In this document: positions 22,782 through 35,428 of the stretch, one piece after another
Position numbering within the stretch: position 1 is the first letter of the stretch
Layout of the letters: every line of letters starts with the position of its first letter
Origin: Bugula neritina
Lineage: Eukaryota > Animalia > Bryozoa
Direction: 5' to 3'
DNA length: 64,000 nt
Assembly (NCBI GenBank): GCA_964035545.1
Contig: OZ037765.1
Coordinates: forward strand, 34,285,504 to 34,349,503
Program-made: the position numbers and the translations under genes
Notes under the pieces: generated by a model
Database searches by the model: none
What the model was told of the DNA's origin: nothing
The model's input: the letters and a program-made list of their open reading frames with translations, nothing else

Positions 22782-23494
22782 GTGACGTCTGCAGCACATC
22801 ACGTGTTCACATGCAGCACACACAGACCTGCCATATTAGCTAGACACTTGCAGCTGCTAGACAGACTTGTCATGTCTTTGATTTTATGCAATCATTTCTA
22901 ATTTTATTAGTTTATATATTTTTCATGTACCTGTGACATTATTTTTATTCTGCTAAGTTTTTTATACAAGCTTTTCAATTTTACCAATTTATTTGTAAAC
23001 AGTTGATAGACGTTATCACATATTGGTGAGCAGTAGCTATTCCATACTGTAAGACCTGATCAATATCTGCTGGGAGTGGAAAGTCATGCTTAGACCCCAC
23101 ATTTAAGTTATTAATGGGATCAATAACACATTTAAGTTAGCAACTTTTCCCATTACTGCTTTTTCAGTTTCTTAGCTGCTATAAATAGAGACATGATGGG
23201 TTACACAAAGGATTTTATGAATATTTATATTATATAATATGTAAAAGTATGATAGTAATAATAGGTAGCTTTTTCTTTGCTATGTACAAGCTATCAAATT
23301 ATAGCTGTTGTAGTTAAACACTGACAGACTGTAGCAGTATTTTAACTTCTGTTGTAACTGAAACCTCAGTGATCAGTCAATCAATATATAGTTGTGATTT
23401 ATTGTTAGTTTGTGGTTTTAATGATTTCTTTTAGTTGCCACTTATGCAGTTTTTATATCAAAAGTGATTGTATGTTTTTATAAATATATTATAT

Positions 23495-24083
23495 TATATC
23501 TACTCTGTACACTACATACTATATCTACTCTATACACTACACTATATCTACTCTGTACACTCTACTATATCTACTCTATACACTGTACTATATCTACTCT
23601 ATACACTATACTATATCTACCCTATATACTATACTATATCTACTCTATACTATACTATATCTACTCTATACACTATACTATATCTACTCTATACTATACT
23701 ATATCTACTCTATACACTACACTATATCTACTCTATACACTATACTATATCTACTCTATATACTATACTATATCTACTCTATACACTATACTATATCTAC
23801 TCTATACACTATACTATATCTACTCTATACACTATACTATATCTACTCTATACACCATACTATATCTACTCTATACACTATACTATACTATATCTAGTCC
23901 TTACTATATCTACTCTATACACCATACTATATCTACTCTATACACTATACTATATCTACTCTATACACTATACTATATCTACTCTATACACCATACTATA
24001 TCTACTCTATACACTATACTATATCTACTCTATACACTATACTATATCTACTCTATACACTATACTATATCTACTCTATACCA
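23495..24083. repeat. 23-bp satellite at the unit A/B junction
   Basis: Seen directly. Confidence 0.95.
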
Positions 24084-24641
24084 TATAGCGCGGGCTACTG
24101 AAAGGAAATATTTCATGGCGAGGGCCACATTGTAAATTTTAGCTTCGGCTGGGGGCCACAGCATCAGTAATTTGAAATAGTTACTTTATTTCAAATGCCT
24201 GTGAGTCATTACACAATGAAGTCCCAATAATTAGGTACTGCAAGGTGCATGTCTCTAGCATATATAAAAATGGAGCATTTAAAAGGCTGGTGTCCACTCG
24301 AATTCATATACCTGTGCAAATAAATTTATCTGTCAAGTTTTTGAGGGTCACATGAATGTCAGCGGGAGAGGGGGGCACATCCGGAGCCACCTGTTGGACA
24401 GCCCTGTTTTAGGCAACAAGCAATGAATGTTTTAGGAGTTGTATTCCTTTCAAGCGAACATTTACTTTGCTTCAGATATGGTTTTCAACAAAAATTATAG
24501 CATTCAAGTTATATATGAAAGCACGTCTTTATAAAAAAAATTCATGGGTGAATTTGACTATAAAACCTGAATTTGTGTATCATTCTAGTAAGCGAACGAC
24601 GGGATAAAAACACTACCTATGCAGTTCCGGCGTAAAAAGTC

Positions 24642-27600
24642 ATGGCTGCTACCAGTAAAACAACCGCAACTACAATAAATGATACTTGGGCCATTGCTTC
24701 CTTTGCAAAGGCGAATGAGTTTTTGGGATTTTCTTCATTTGACACTAGCAATGTTATTTTGACAAATAGGCAGTCTATGTCAATATATAAGGTAGTATAT
24801 TTCATTTTCTGTAATGCTAATTTGAGGATTTTTTATAAACATAATAAAATTAATGTTGTACTTGTTGTACTAGTACTAGTTGTAGTACAGTACTACTAGA
24901 CACTAGTATAAGTATAACTACAACCAGTAGTAGTTATAGTAGTATTAGTACTACTACAACTACTAGTAGCACTAATAGTACTACTACTAGTACTAAACGG
25001 CTAAAACGCTAAAACAGTAACCTGGTTACTGTTTTAGCGTTCAGTACTAGTAGTAGTACTAGTAGTAGTACTAACCAGTGCCCGGTCCAGAGGCAGCAGA
25101 CGTTGTAGTAGTACTACTACTAGTACTAGTGGTAGACTGGTAGGACCTGTACTTTGACTTGCAGTAAAACTAAAAGTCATACTTATAGTTATTACGTAGT
25201 TACACTTGACTTTGAATTTCAGTTTTTTTGCTTTTAGTTTTAGTGTTCATAGTACTAGTACAACTACTACTTAATCTAGTTTATTTTTAACAGTAGCAGT
25301 AACTGGCTAACTCTAGTAACTTAAACTGGTGTGAGTATATCTAAACTAAGATTAGTAAAAACACAACTTTAGTTAGTTACTGTAACACTAACTATTAGTT
25401 AGAGTCTACTTCATGACTTGTATTTGAACGAATAGTGATAATCACAGTATGAATAACTCTATAACTAATAACTATAAGCGAAGCTAAGTTAAAGTGTTTT
25501 AGTAAAATGAAATAACAATTTACTCTTAGTGACTAAACACTCGGTCAAAGTCATTCACGGTCGCTAAAAAGTGAATAGTGCTATAATAGTAAAGTCAATT
25601 CGGCATAGGGCTAATGCAGCTCTTAGTGATGCCGAGTCAAACAGTTATTAATTATTATGATAATCGATGTAAACACACAGGAACTTTTTCAACCTGATTT
25701 TGAATTGACTAATTCGTAATAACTATAAGTATTGGATTAAATCAGTTGATACTTGCATTTTAATTAGGCCTAAGCCTTTCGGTGAATGGCACTGAGTTCT
25801 AATAAATATTTAAAGTAAATTTCAGTGATAACTATTGATTATTAGCATGTGATGACACACATTTACTAACTTAGCCTTTAATTACTTTAAAATTTATTTT
25901 ATTCATACTCAGTCATTGAGTGATTAGCATAAATCAACCATTGTAGTTCAATTCTGAATCATACTCAATGACAATAGCCTTTATGTTTTTGCTAAACTAA
26001 ATCTAAATGGCCTTAAAATTTATACCATGATGAGTTGTTTGTATCGCTTTTAAAATGATCTTAGAATTTTGTTATTGAGTTAAGGAAATAAATTTAGTTA
26101 TTTCAGAGTTTCGCCGGCCTGAATGAGTATTCTCTGCAGTACAGCCTCTTTCTCATATAATTCACTGTGGAATAAATTATTACTGAAAGTTAAGGCAACA
26201 ATTACTCTACATGTGTTTATATGCTTCATTCATGAGAGTAGTTCTCAGTTTAGAATATTATTAAATACTAGAGTTTGAGTTGTGATAAACTTAGGTGAGT
26301 GATCAGCAGACAGTATCAAGTTGTACTCTCAAATCAGAGAGCAGTTTCTGTCTGCCTGTGGTTTATGATCATGAAGAAGAAAATTATGTTGGTTTGGTTG
26401 AGAATCTTGGAAAGAAGAGACTTTGTGTCTGGACAAATGAACTTTCTAACTACAAGGACTGGAAGAAGAAACTGGTAAATCTCTCACTTTGAATATTTCA
26501 CTTGTTTTGTGATTTATAAGATAATATGTTTACGATAACACAATTTGTTGGTCATTTGGTGGAGTATATTTATAGCATTAGAAATGTTGAAGTAGTGGGA
26601 ATAGAATATGGAGAATGATAACCTAATGATGGTTGGTTCATAATACAAGTGTAACTGTTGTAGTTATCAACTGAGGTGACTGAACTGGTAGAAGTAGAGA
26701 AGACAGAACCACTGGTGGTCACATCTAATAACTGTGTGTGCTGGTTGTCTCATGTGGAGAACACTTTGCTGTCTGTCCATCTGCTGCCTCCAGATCTGAG
26801 AGATGCTGACGTGGAGATTAGTCAGTATGAAAGTTACAGATGGAGTAATAGAACTGAGATTGTCTACATTGTGACTGTTGATGTGAGTATCTCAATGTGT
26901 CAGTATGGTGTCACAATGTGTCAGTATGGTGTCACAATGTGTCAGTAAGGTCTCACACCTAATCAGTAGAGTGTCACAGTAGAGTGTCGCAGTAGAGTGT
27001 CGCAGTAGAGTGTCGCAGTAGAGTGTCGCAGTAGAGTGTCACAGTAGACTGTCACAGTAGAGTGTCACAGTAGGGTGTCACAGTAGAGTGTCACAGTAGG
27101 GTGTCACAGTAGAGTGTCACAGTAGAATGTCACAGTAGAGTGTCACAGTAGAGTGTCACAGTAGAGTGTCACAGTTGTTGACATGCATCATAATCATTGC
27201 TGTTGAAATATCTACAGTTTCTGTTGTGTTATTTCAGGGACGACACCTTGTATATAAGTTACAGTTCAACGACAAGCAGGTGTTTGGCAAGTCTACGCAG
27301 GTGTTTCTCAACTACACAGATGTGACATCAGTGTGTAGAGTTGTCCCTCATGCTGAGTCTAATTACATTGCTACTAGTGAGTCTGATACTATTGAATCTA
27401 TACTGTGTCTCTGTATGACGTCACCTTTACAATAACCAGTTTATCTGAAATACTCTATACAGGTGGTAAGGGTGAGATACTATACTCTACCGGTACATCT
27501 GAAGAAGTTATTTCCTCTCTCAACTCACAGTTTTCTACTCAGTGTGTCTCTCTTCACCTACTAGACTCTGACCAGCTTCTCATTGCAACATCTCACAGCT

Positions 27601-29350
27601 CTACGAATACAGGCTAGTATAGTTTACCTTTTCTGAAGATGATTGTTCTAGTAAAGTAGTTCTACTGTAACTGTATGCCTCCTTTACTTGAATATGAGTA
27701 GATGTAAGCCATTCAGTGTAGCTGTTCTCATAGCACCTGTTTAGACGTGTCACAGCTCAAGTATGGTGACATGTGCTGGTCTTGTAGGTGTCTTACTTAT
27801 ATTCAGTATCAAGTTCAGAACTACGAGGATTCTAAAGAGTCTGGACAGTGAGCTCTACGGTGACAAACCTGTGACTCTTCTACCTCCATACATACTGACT
27901 CACACGGAGAGCTCATTGCAGGCTCACTCATATAAGTACAGCAAGTTGACACTAAGGAGCATGATGGGCAGTTTGAGACTGTCTGCTGATTCTGAGTTGG
28001 TGAGTCACCAGGTTATTCAGTGAGTTACCAGGTTATTCAGTGAGTCACCAGGTTATTCAGTGAGTTACCAGGTTGTTCAGTGAGTCACCAGGTTATTCAG
28101 TGAGTTACCAGGTTATTCAGTGAGTTACCAGGTTATCCAGTGAGTTACCAGGTTATTCAGTGAGTCACCAGGTTATTTAGTGAGTTACCAGGTTATTCAG
28201 TGAGTTACCAGGTTATTCAGTGAGTTACCAGGTTATTATTCAGTGAGTTACCAGGTTATTCAGTGAGTTTCCAGGTTATTACTCAGTGAGTTACCAGGTT
28301 ATTCAGTGATTTACCAGGTTCTTCAGTGAGTTACCAGGTTATTCAGTGAGTTACCAGGTTATTCAGTGAGTTACCAGGTTATTTTTCAGTGAGTTATCAG
28401 GTTATTCAGTAAGTTACCAGGTTATTCAGTGAGTTACCAGGTTATTCAGTGAGTTACCAGGTTATTCAGTGAGTTACCAGGTTATTTTTCAGTGAGTCAC
28501 CAGGTTATTCAGTGAGTTACCAGGTTATTCAGTGAGTTACCAGGTTATTCAGTGAGTTACCAGGTTATTCAGTGAGTTACCAGGTTGTTCAGTGAGTCAC
28601 CAGGTTATTCAGTGAGTTACCAGGTTATTCAGTGAGTTACCAGGTTATTCAGTGAGTTACCAGGTTATTCAGTGACTTACCAGGTTATTCAGTGAGTCAC
28701 CAGGTTATTCAGTGAGTTACCAGGTTATTCACTGAGTTACCAGGTTATTCACTGAGTTACCAGGTTATTCACTGTGTTACCAGGTTATTCACTGAGTTAC
28801 CAGGTTATTCAGTGAGTTACCAGGTTATTCAGTGAGTTACCAGGTTATTCAGTGAGTTACTAGGTTATTCAGTGAGTTACCAAGTTATTCAGTGAGTTAC
28901 CAGGTTATTCAGTAAGTCACCAGGTTATTCAGTGAGTCACCAGGTTATTCAGTGAGTTACCAGGTTATTCAGTGAGTTACCAGGTTATTCAGTGATTGCA
29001 TTGCTGTGATTTTAGTTTGAGGTTTAAGAATTGCTTTTTTTTTCAAACTTCTCCAACACCCGAGAGTGCATATCAACCTAATTTGTGTTTTATAGAATTA
29101 TCCTCCAGTCTGATTTTACCATGGGTGTTGATTCCAAAGGAGATGCTAGAGTTGACCTTCACTTCCCACTGGACCAGCTCTGAAGGTGTGTTTATATGTT
29201 TTCAGTAAAGTCTAGTTTGGCTGAAGCAGAAATTCACAAAGTTCTCTGCACCATAAAACCAATTTGTCCTGTGATGAGTTTCTAGGCTCTTCTCAGAATC
29301 TAGTCATTTATATTCTACTTCAAGAGTATTGAATAAATGGCAGCAAGTAA
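24642..29350 (+). pseudogene. NOL11: NOL11-like partial gene / pseudogene, unit B (best preserved)
   Basis: Exons 24642-24791, 26295-26474, 26664-26882, 27238-27376 are open and in phase. The next exon lacks a canonical AG (ttacaa) and GT (gctagt); exon 27788-27999 follows; downstream exons are degenerate and no 3' half is visible. Confidence 0.65.
28000..28994. repeat. 20-bp minisatellite, unit B
   Basis: Seen directly. Confidence 0.95.
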
Positions 29351-31782
29351 TGATGAAGTGAGTTAAACTCAGAACTCTTTCAGAAAAGGTATGAATTCAC
29401 TCTAACAGGTGGAGTTATTCCCCCATGTCTCAATATGTATTACATGTGTCCACTTTCTCATTTCCTGATATATTCTACACAGTTCTCCTCGGTTTCTTAA
29501 TCCCAGCTGCTGAAACTATTTTCTGCAGGCTGGTTGGGAGTTGGCAGTGTGGTGTCGCTATGTGATAGTGTGTTGCTAGGTGATGCTGTGTTGCTAGGTG
29601 ATGATGGGTTGTTAGGTGATAGTTTGTTGCTAGGTGGTAGTGTGTTCCTAGGTGATGATATGTTGCTAGGTGATTGTGTGTTGCTAGGTGATGGTGTGTT
29701 GCTAAGTGATGGCTTGTGCTAGGTGCTAGGCTGGTTGGGAGTTGGCAGTGTGGTGTTGCTATGCGATAGTATGTTGCTAGGTGATGCTGTGTTGCTAGGT
29801 GATGATGGGTTGTTAGGTGATAGTTTGTTGCTAGGTGATGTGTTGCTAGGTGATAGTGTGTTGTTAGGTGATGCTGTGTTGCTAGGTGATGCTGTGTTGC
29901 TAGGTGATGGTGTGTTGCTAGGTGACAGTGTGTTGCTAGGTGACAGTGTGTTGCTAGGTGACAGTGTGTTGCTAGGTGACAGGGTGTTGCTAGGTGATGC
30001 AGTGTAGTAAGTAACTGTACTATTGAAGGGAGACACCATGGAGTATTTATATGTTTGACTCACTGTTACAAGTTCATAGGACTTGCTTGATATCATGTGC
30101 AAGTCCTTTGAAGTTGACTTCTGAGTTGACAGAACAGTAAACCACCAGCTCAGTCACATGACTACACTCCACTCAGTAGTAATCTGTACTAGAATGTATT
30201 ATATCATTACATCTCAATACTCACATCTACTGTTTAGTACACCTACACTAATAACAGGCATTACATGTATTTAGTTATTTGTATTGTGTAATTAGTGAGT
30301 GACAGTGACATTGCAACTATCCAACAGTTTAGTACACTTGAGACTTGAGGATTGCCATTTTGTCATTATCTAAGTTTTCTTTGCTGTAAGTTAAACATGG
30401 AGATTTGTTAGAATTCACATTTTTATTAAAATACTTCAAGATGCCTTGACCTTGTCACCACTCTAATACTTATAAAACTGAAGTAATATTTATGCTGCAT
30501 TATATGAATAGAGACATTTAATCTATTTGATTACATCCTATTACATATCTATACTACTTTACTCACATCCTTCTCTACTCACTGGATTATAAACAATGAA
30601 GAATTGCTAAACGCAGCCATTATTATTTATTTGTTACAATATTAAGGTCAACCAGAGGGTAAAGCAGTGCAATGAATAAACTGCATCAGTTTTATATCTT
30701 ATATATTTTATTTTATCATTCTATACCCCCTATTCACACTTACCGTATCGTACGCCGTAACAGCAAATATCAGCCATTTTTAATGTGTCCGGGCTGAAGT
30801 TTTCAAAGTCCGCTATCAGGTACGATCTATGACACTTCATTGGACAATTATATCCAATGAATTATGCAAAAGTTTTTCTGTCCAATAGGAGTCCGCCGCA
30901 ACTTATTTAAATCAAGCAGTGCTTAATACTACTAATTACTTGCTTATTAGAACCAGTAATATGTTGGCTTACTTATAAAGGTAAGCATTAACTAGATACA
31001 TGGAAAGACAGTGATTGGTGTGTCCCACAAGGCTAGTTTTGCATGTTGGCATCTCATTACAGATAATACTATTAGTACTTTCTTTTATTAGTCTATAAGT
31101 ATCATTTTAATATATACATTGATCCACCCAAAGTTTATTTCGAGAAATTAGCATTTAAATCATCAAAAATAGTCCTTCAAATAACTATAATAGACGAGAG
31201 GTTAGTTTGTAGGCAACAAAGCTACTGTTTGAGTTACTCATAAAGGAACTGTAGAGGAATTCATGATAGTAAGTCTTCATGAAGATGCAAAGGTAATACA
31301 TATTATGTTGTCTCTGCATCTCAACTTACCTTTGGACTTTGCTTGTTGACTAAGCTGTGTAGTTTATCAGTAAAGGTAAATATGGGTGCATGGACCATAA
31401 ACACTGATAAGGTAGCTATGATATAATATTATATAGCTGTATAACACAGTCTTCATTACTATTTGTAGAGTTAACAACACTGTGACACACACTGCAGTCA
31501 TAACTACCACAAAGTATAACTTGATTCAAGTAACAGTTATACCTCAAGTATATACTAAAAGGTATGTATTTAAATATCACCATATGAGAGGTGGAGAAGA
31601 AAACAGGTGACCTTTCTCAGAACTAGGTCAAGGTACATATGCAGATGGCGAAGAGTATCTCAACTCACCTGCTGACTTCATTTTTTGGTTATGAATGTGT
31701 GTGTTGTAGTTGCTAGAAAATAGTGATATTTTGCTTCAAGTTTAAGAGAGAGAACTGAGCTTGTAATGGTAGCAGAATGAAT

Positions 31783-34700
31783 ATATGTGACCAGTCGAGA
31801 CAAAACCGGGGATGTGGCGGTGTTTATAAAGTGTAGTAAATGAAGGTTTAATTTGGAAATACTTAAATTTGAAATTAATTTCCAATTTTTAGATTTTGAA
31901 CTTTTCTAATACAAAAAAATCCAAGGATTTCAAAAATTATACTTTCGTAGGCATTTGATGACTCCTTCAGCTCTAAAATTGCATTTAAAGTTGGTAACTA
32001 AGGCTTTCAATTTTTTAAATGATGAAAAAATTGCGAAGTTATCAATTAAAGAAAGAAGACAATGTTAGTCATTTTCATAGCGTGAGATCTTGCAGATTTT
32101 CTTTTTATCAAATAAATTTAGCTTACACCTCTTTCTTCGTATTGTCAGAAGCATCGTATTTAAGATCGAAGGCTAGTTTTAGTTTTTCATCGCGTTCCAT
32201 CCAAAGTTAGCTTTTAAGTTACTGAGCTGTTTTGCCCTTTTGGTGATAAATGCTGAACTTAATCTTTATCTTTAGCGTTCAAGCTTGAAAATCACAACAA
32301 TACATGTAATTATACTCAAAACAATCATTTACGCTACTAACTTAGAATTGTTGCCAAGATTATTTGTAGTTATCAATTTATTAATATTTATACCATCACT
32401 AGGACTAGGAGTAGGAGTACCGAGTATGTCTTAGAGTTAGTCTATTCTATTTCTATACTAGTAACTATTTAAATGACTCTCACTATGACTCACAGTTTGA
32501 GGTACGGTTACTCATAATGATAATCATAATGAATATCATTCATGATTTACTGATACTGGTATTTGGTAGTAAAACCAAATGTAGCTCATTAATATTAATA
32601 GTATAAGTAATTAATAATTATAAATTCACTATTTGAGTCTGACTCTGAGTTTCGCCTTTGCTCTTAAAACTTGATACTCATACTGATAGTGATAGTATTA
32701 TATTTATTTATTTATTCTATAGTTGATTTTTCAATTTACATTGGACTTGCTCTTAGTAACTTTTAGCCTTCGTCTTAGATTTTGTCAATACGGCTACTGA
32801 TTACTATTACTATTAACATTAGGCATACTAGTCAAACTACCGGTTTCTTTTGTGATTTGTAAATTAGCTCAAAGTTTGATTTAAAATATAATGATAAAAT
32901 CTTTATCACATCATGCAGGCTTACAGTTACTGTCAAAACTCAATTGATAATTATATTTATATTGATAAAAGCATCACCTATAACCAAATTGAAATGATAA
33001 ATGTGACTAAATGTAAATGAGTATAATGATGGAATATTAATGCGAGTTCATGATGATTCTATAGTTGACTGACTTAGTTTTTCAGTAAGTTACTTTTAGT
33101 ATTATTTAGTGAGTAGTAACACTAACTGAATGCATAAATAGTCTAAACTTTTTAATTTTATTATAAGATGAGCAAAAATTTATTCATATTTTAAAGTAAT
33201 TTATTGAATTCAAATTGATTTTATAGTAAATGTCTTTAATAGATTCAGTTGCACTTAGCTAGCTTTTTTACTCAATTAAATGCCTGAGTGGTTAATAGTT
33301 ATCTAAAGACATTGCTTCAAAATTGCCAATTGCAGATATGCTAGATATTCAAGTGTATAATGTGTAATTTTACTGATAATACTATGTTAATATAGAATCA
33401 TCCGATATTCTGTACATTTTAGAAAGTAGACTTGCGAGGGCATTAGAGTGAAGACTTATACCTACACAACTCTACTACCTATCAATCTAATACTTCTAAT
33501 GTAGACACACTGAATTTTGGCTTGCAAGGTTATGGCTTCTGCTTATTTCATTCATAAAAAGGTTTGCAGTCTTTTAATGATGTGCTTGAAAATTATCGAG
33601 AATTTTTTTAATTCAAATTGTTCTGTTGAATTCAATAAATTTAAACGCTAATGAAATGCAGGATGACAATTAACTGCTGCCATAATAGTACCACAAGAGT
33701 GTTTAACCAACTAAATTTTTATAATATAACTGGGTATAATTTCTAATCAAGCTACTGTTTCCTTTTGTTATTTAAAAGAAGTCAAAATTGTACTTTCAGC
33801 TCTGGAATAGACAATAAGTGGGTAGATTGGCAGGATGGATGTCAAGTAGCAGCATCTATAATTGCTAGAAAATCAGCTGATGATAGTGATGAAGCTTTTG
33901 CCACATACATGATGTTATGTGTCCATACTCCGTAAACTCATATTATGAAGACCAAGGAAGTAGAAAGATGAAAAGTGCTTTTTTTGCAAAAACCATAGAA
34001 GCGACCTTATTTTCTTTTCTTGATAAGAGTTAATTCAAGCATAATGGTTGTATCCAGGCTGGATTTTTTACTGCATTTAATTGATTTTTTAAAATAATGT
34101 ATTTGATGTTTTAAATGTGAATATTAATGCCTAATAAAACTCAAAAGTTCTGTTAGCTGATTTTATGTTTATATTTTCAACATCTCAGCCAAATCAATTG
34201 CTAAATTTAGTTGCCGTTAGAGATTATAAAGATATTTATGAATAAATCTCGCATGATCTCATAATAGTAAAATAATTTTCTCATAAGTGTTCTACTCATT
34301 AAGCAAAAATTATGAAACAGCACAGCTCAAGAGCTGCAGTTTGATATATTACACAATATATTAGAGGAAAGGGAGATATTCAATGTATAAGAGGAAGCAG
34401 CTGCCATTTTGTTTTATAAGACTTCCTGCTGACTTGGATGCCTAATTTAAATATCTCAACACACAAACTTGCTAAAACATTCTCTTCTTTGCTGGAATTG
34501 TTAAACCTTTCAACCATTGAACAAAGTAAAAAGCGAATTGACAAATAAATTAGACAAAAAGTTTGGCGGCCATATTTGACCTAATTTTATGTTGAGGCAG
34601 CATGAAATTTGGTTCAACAGAAAGCCCAAACTTTCACAACTATTATATAAAGACCCGTTGCTAAGGCTTGTAAATTGTAAACAAACAATTCTCAACTTAT

Positions 34701-34921
34701 TCTAGAGTTGCCAACTTTAAACGCGATTTTCTCGAAACAGTAAGTTAGAAATTCTAAAAACGTTAAAGTTTTTAAATGCTGATATCTCGAGTTCTATTTA
34801 TGCTAGAGACTTCAAATAAAGTGCAAAATGTTCAGAAAAGTCTGCTCTATCACTTCATAATAATAACTAAGTTTTCAACATTTTATATACATCCCTTGTT
34901 TTGTGGTGCCAGGTCACATAT
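31783..34921. mobile_element. ~3.1-kb non-coding TIR DNA element (superfamily uncertain)
   Basis: Imperfect ~33-bp TIR ATATGTGACC-N7-ACAAAAC-N2-GGGATGT at both ends, plus a subterminal inverted match (TTTAAAGTTGG.AACT at ~31985 and ~34710); only in unit B. Confidence 0.7.
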
Positions 34922-35428
34922 TTAGATTACTAATATAATACAACAAGCTATACACTAGTTTCCTAGTACTGAGTCTACTATAGCCAGGTGTAGTGTGGGC
35001 GCTTGTGAGGGGGTGAGGGACAACGGAGGGAGGCACAACAGTCCAAATTTTGAACTTTTTGCTCTCATTCGTCTGTTTTTTCAAGTTACTAGTTCAATAA
35101 TCTCTAGTCTAAATGCTACACCAGTTGTTTATTATAGATATCAGTTTTCACAAAGTTTGCTAAACTCAAAATGAAAACAATTTAGCAATTATTTGGTGTT
35201 ATAAAATCTCTCAGTACATCATCTTACAGGTGTTACTTGATTTTACATCCTTTCTAGAGTATATTATATGATATAACTATATGGCTGGTATACATGGTAC
35301 CAGTAGAGATATGTTACAGAAATGTCAAAAGCTAGCTTTAGTTTCTAGTATTCTACCATGTATATAGTTGTTACAGATGAGAATGAAGACTATTGAATAC
35401 AACTAGAGCTGTAACCTGTGACTACAGG

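Noticed and set aside
23464-24135. Long Tyr/Ile/Leu-rich ORFs (also 45572-46016, 63368-63580)
   Set aside because: Translations of stop-free satellite repeats.
29534-30102. LLGD / SPSNT repeat ORFs
   Set aside because: 18-bp intronic minisatellite.
30723-30918. Possible Harbinger-like end at a unit B deletion breakpoint
   Set aside because: Only one putative terminus; insufficient evidence.
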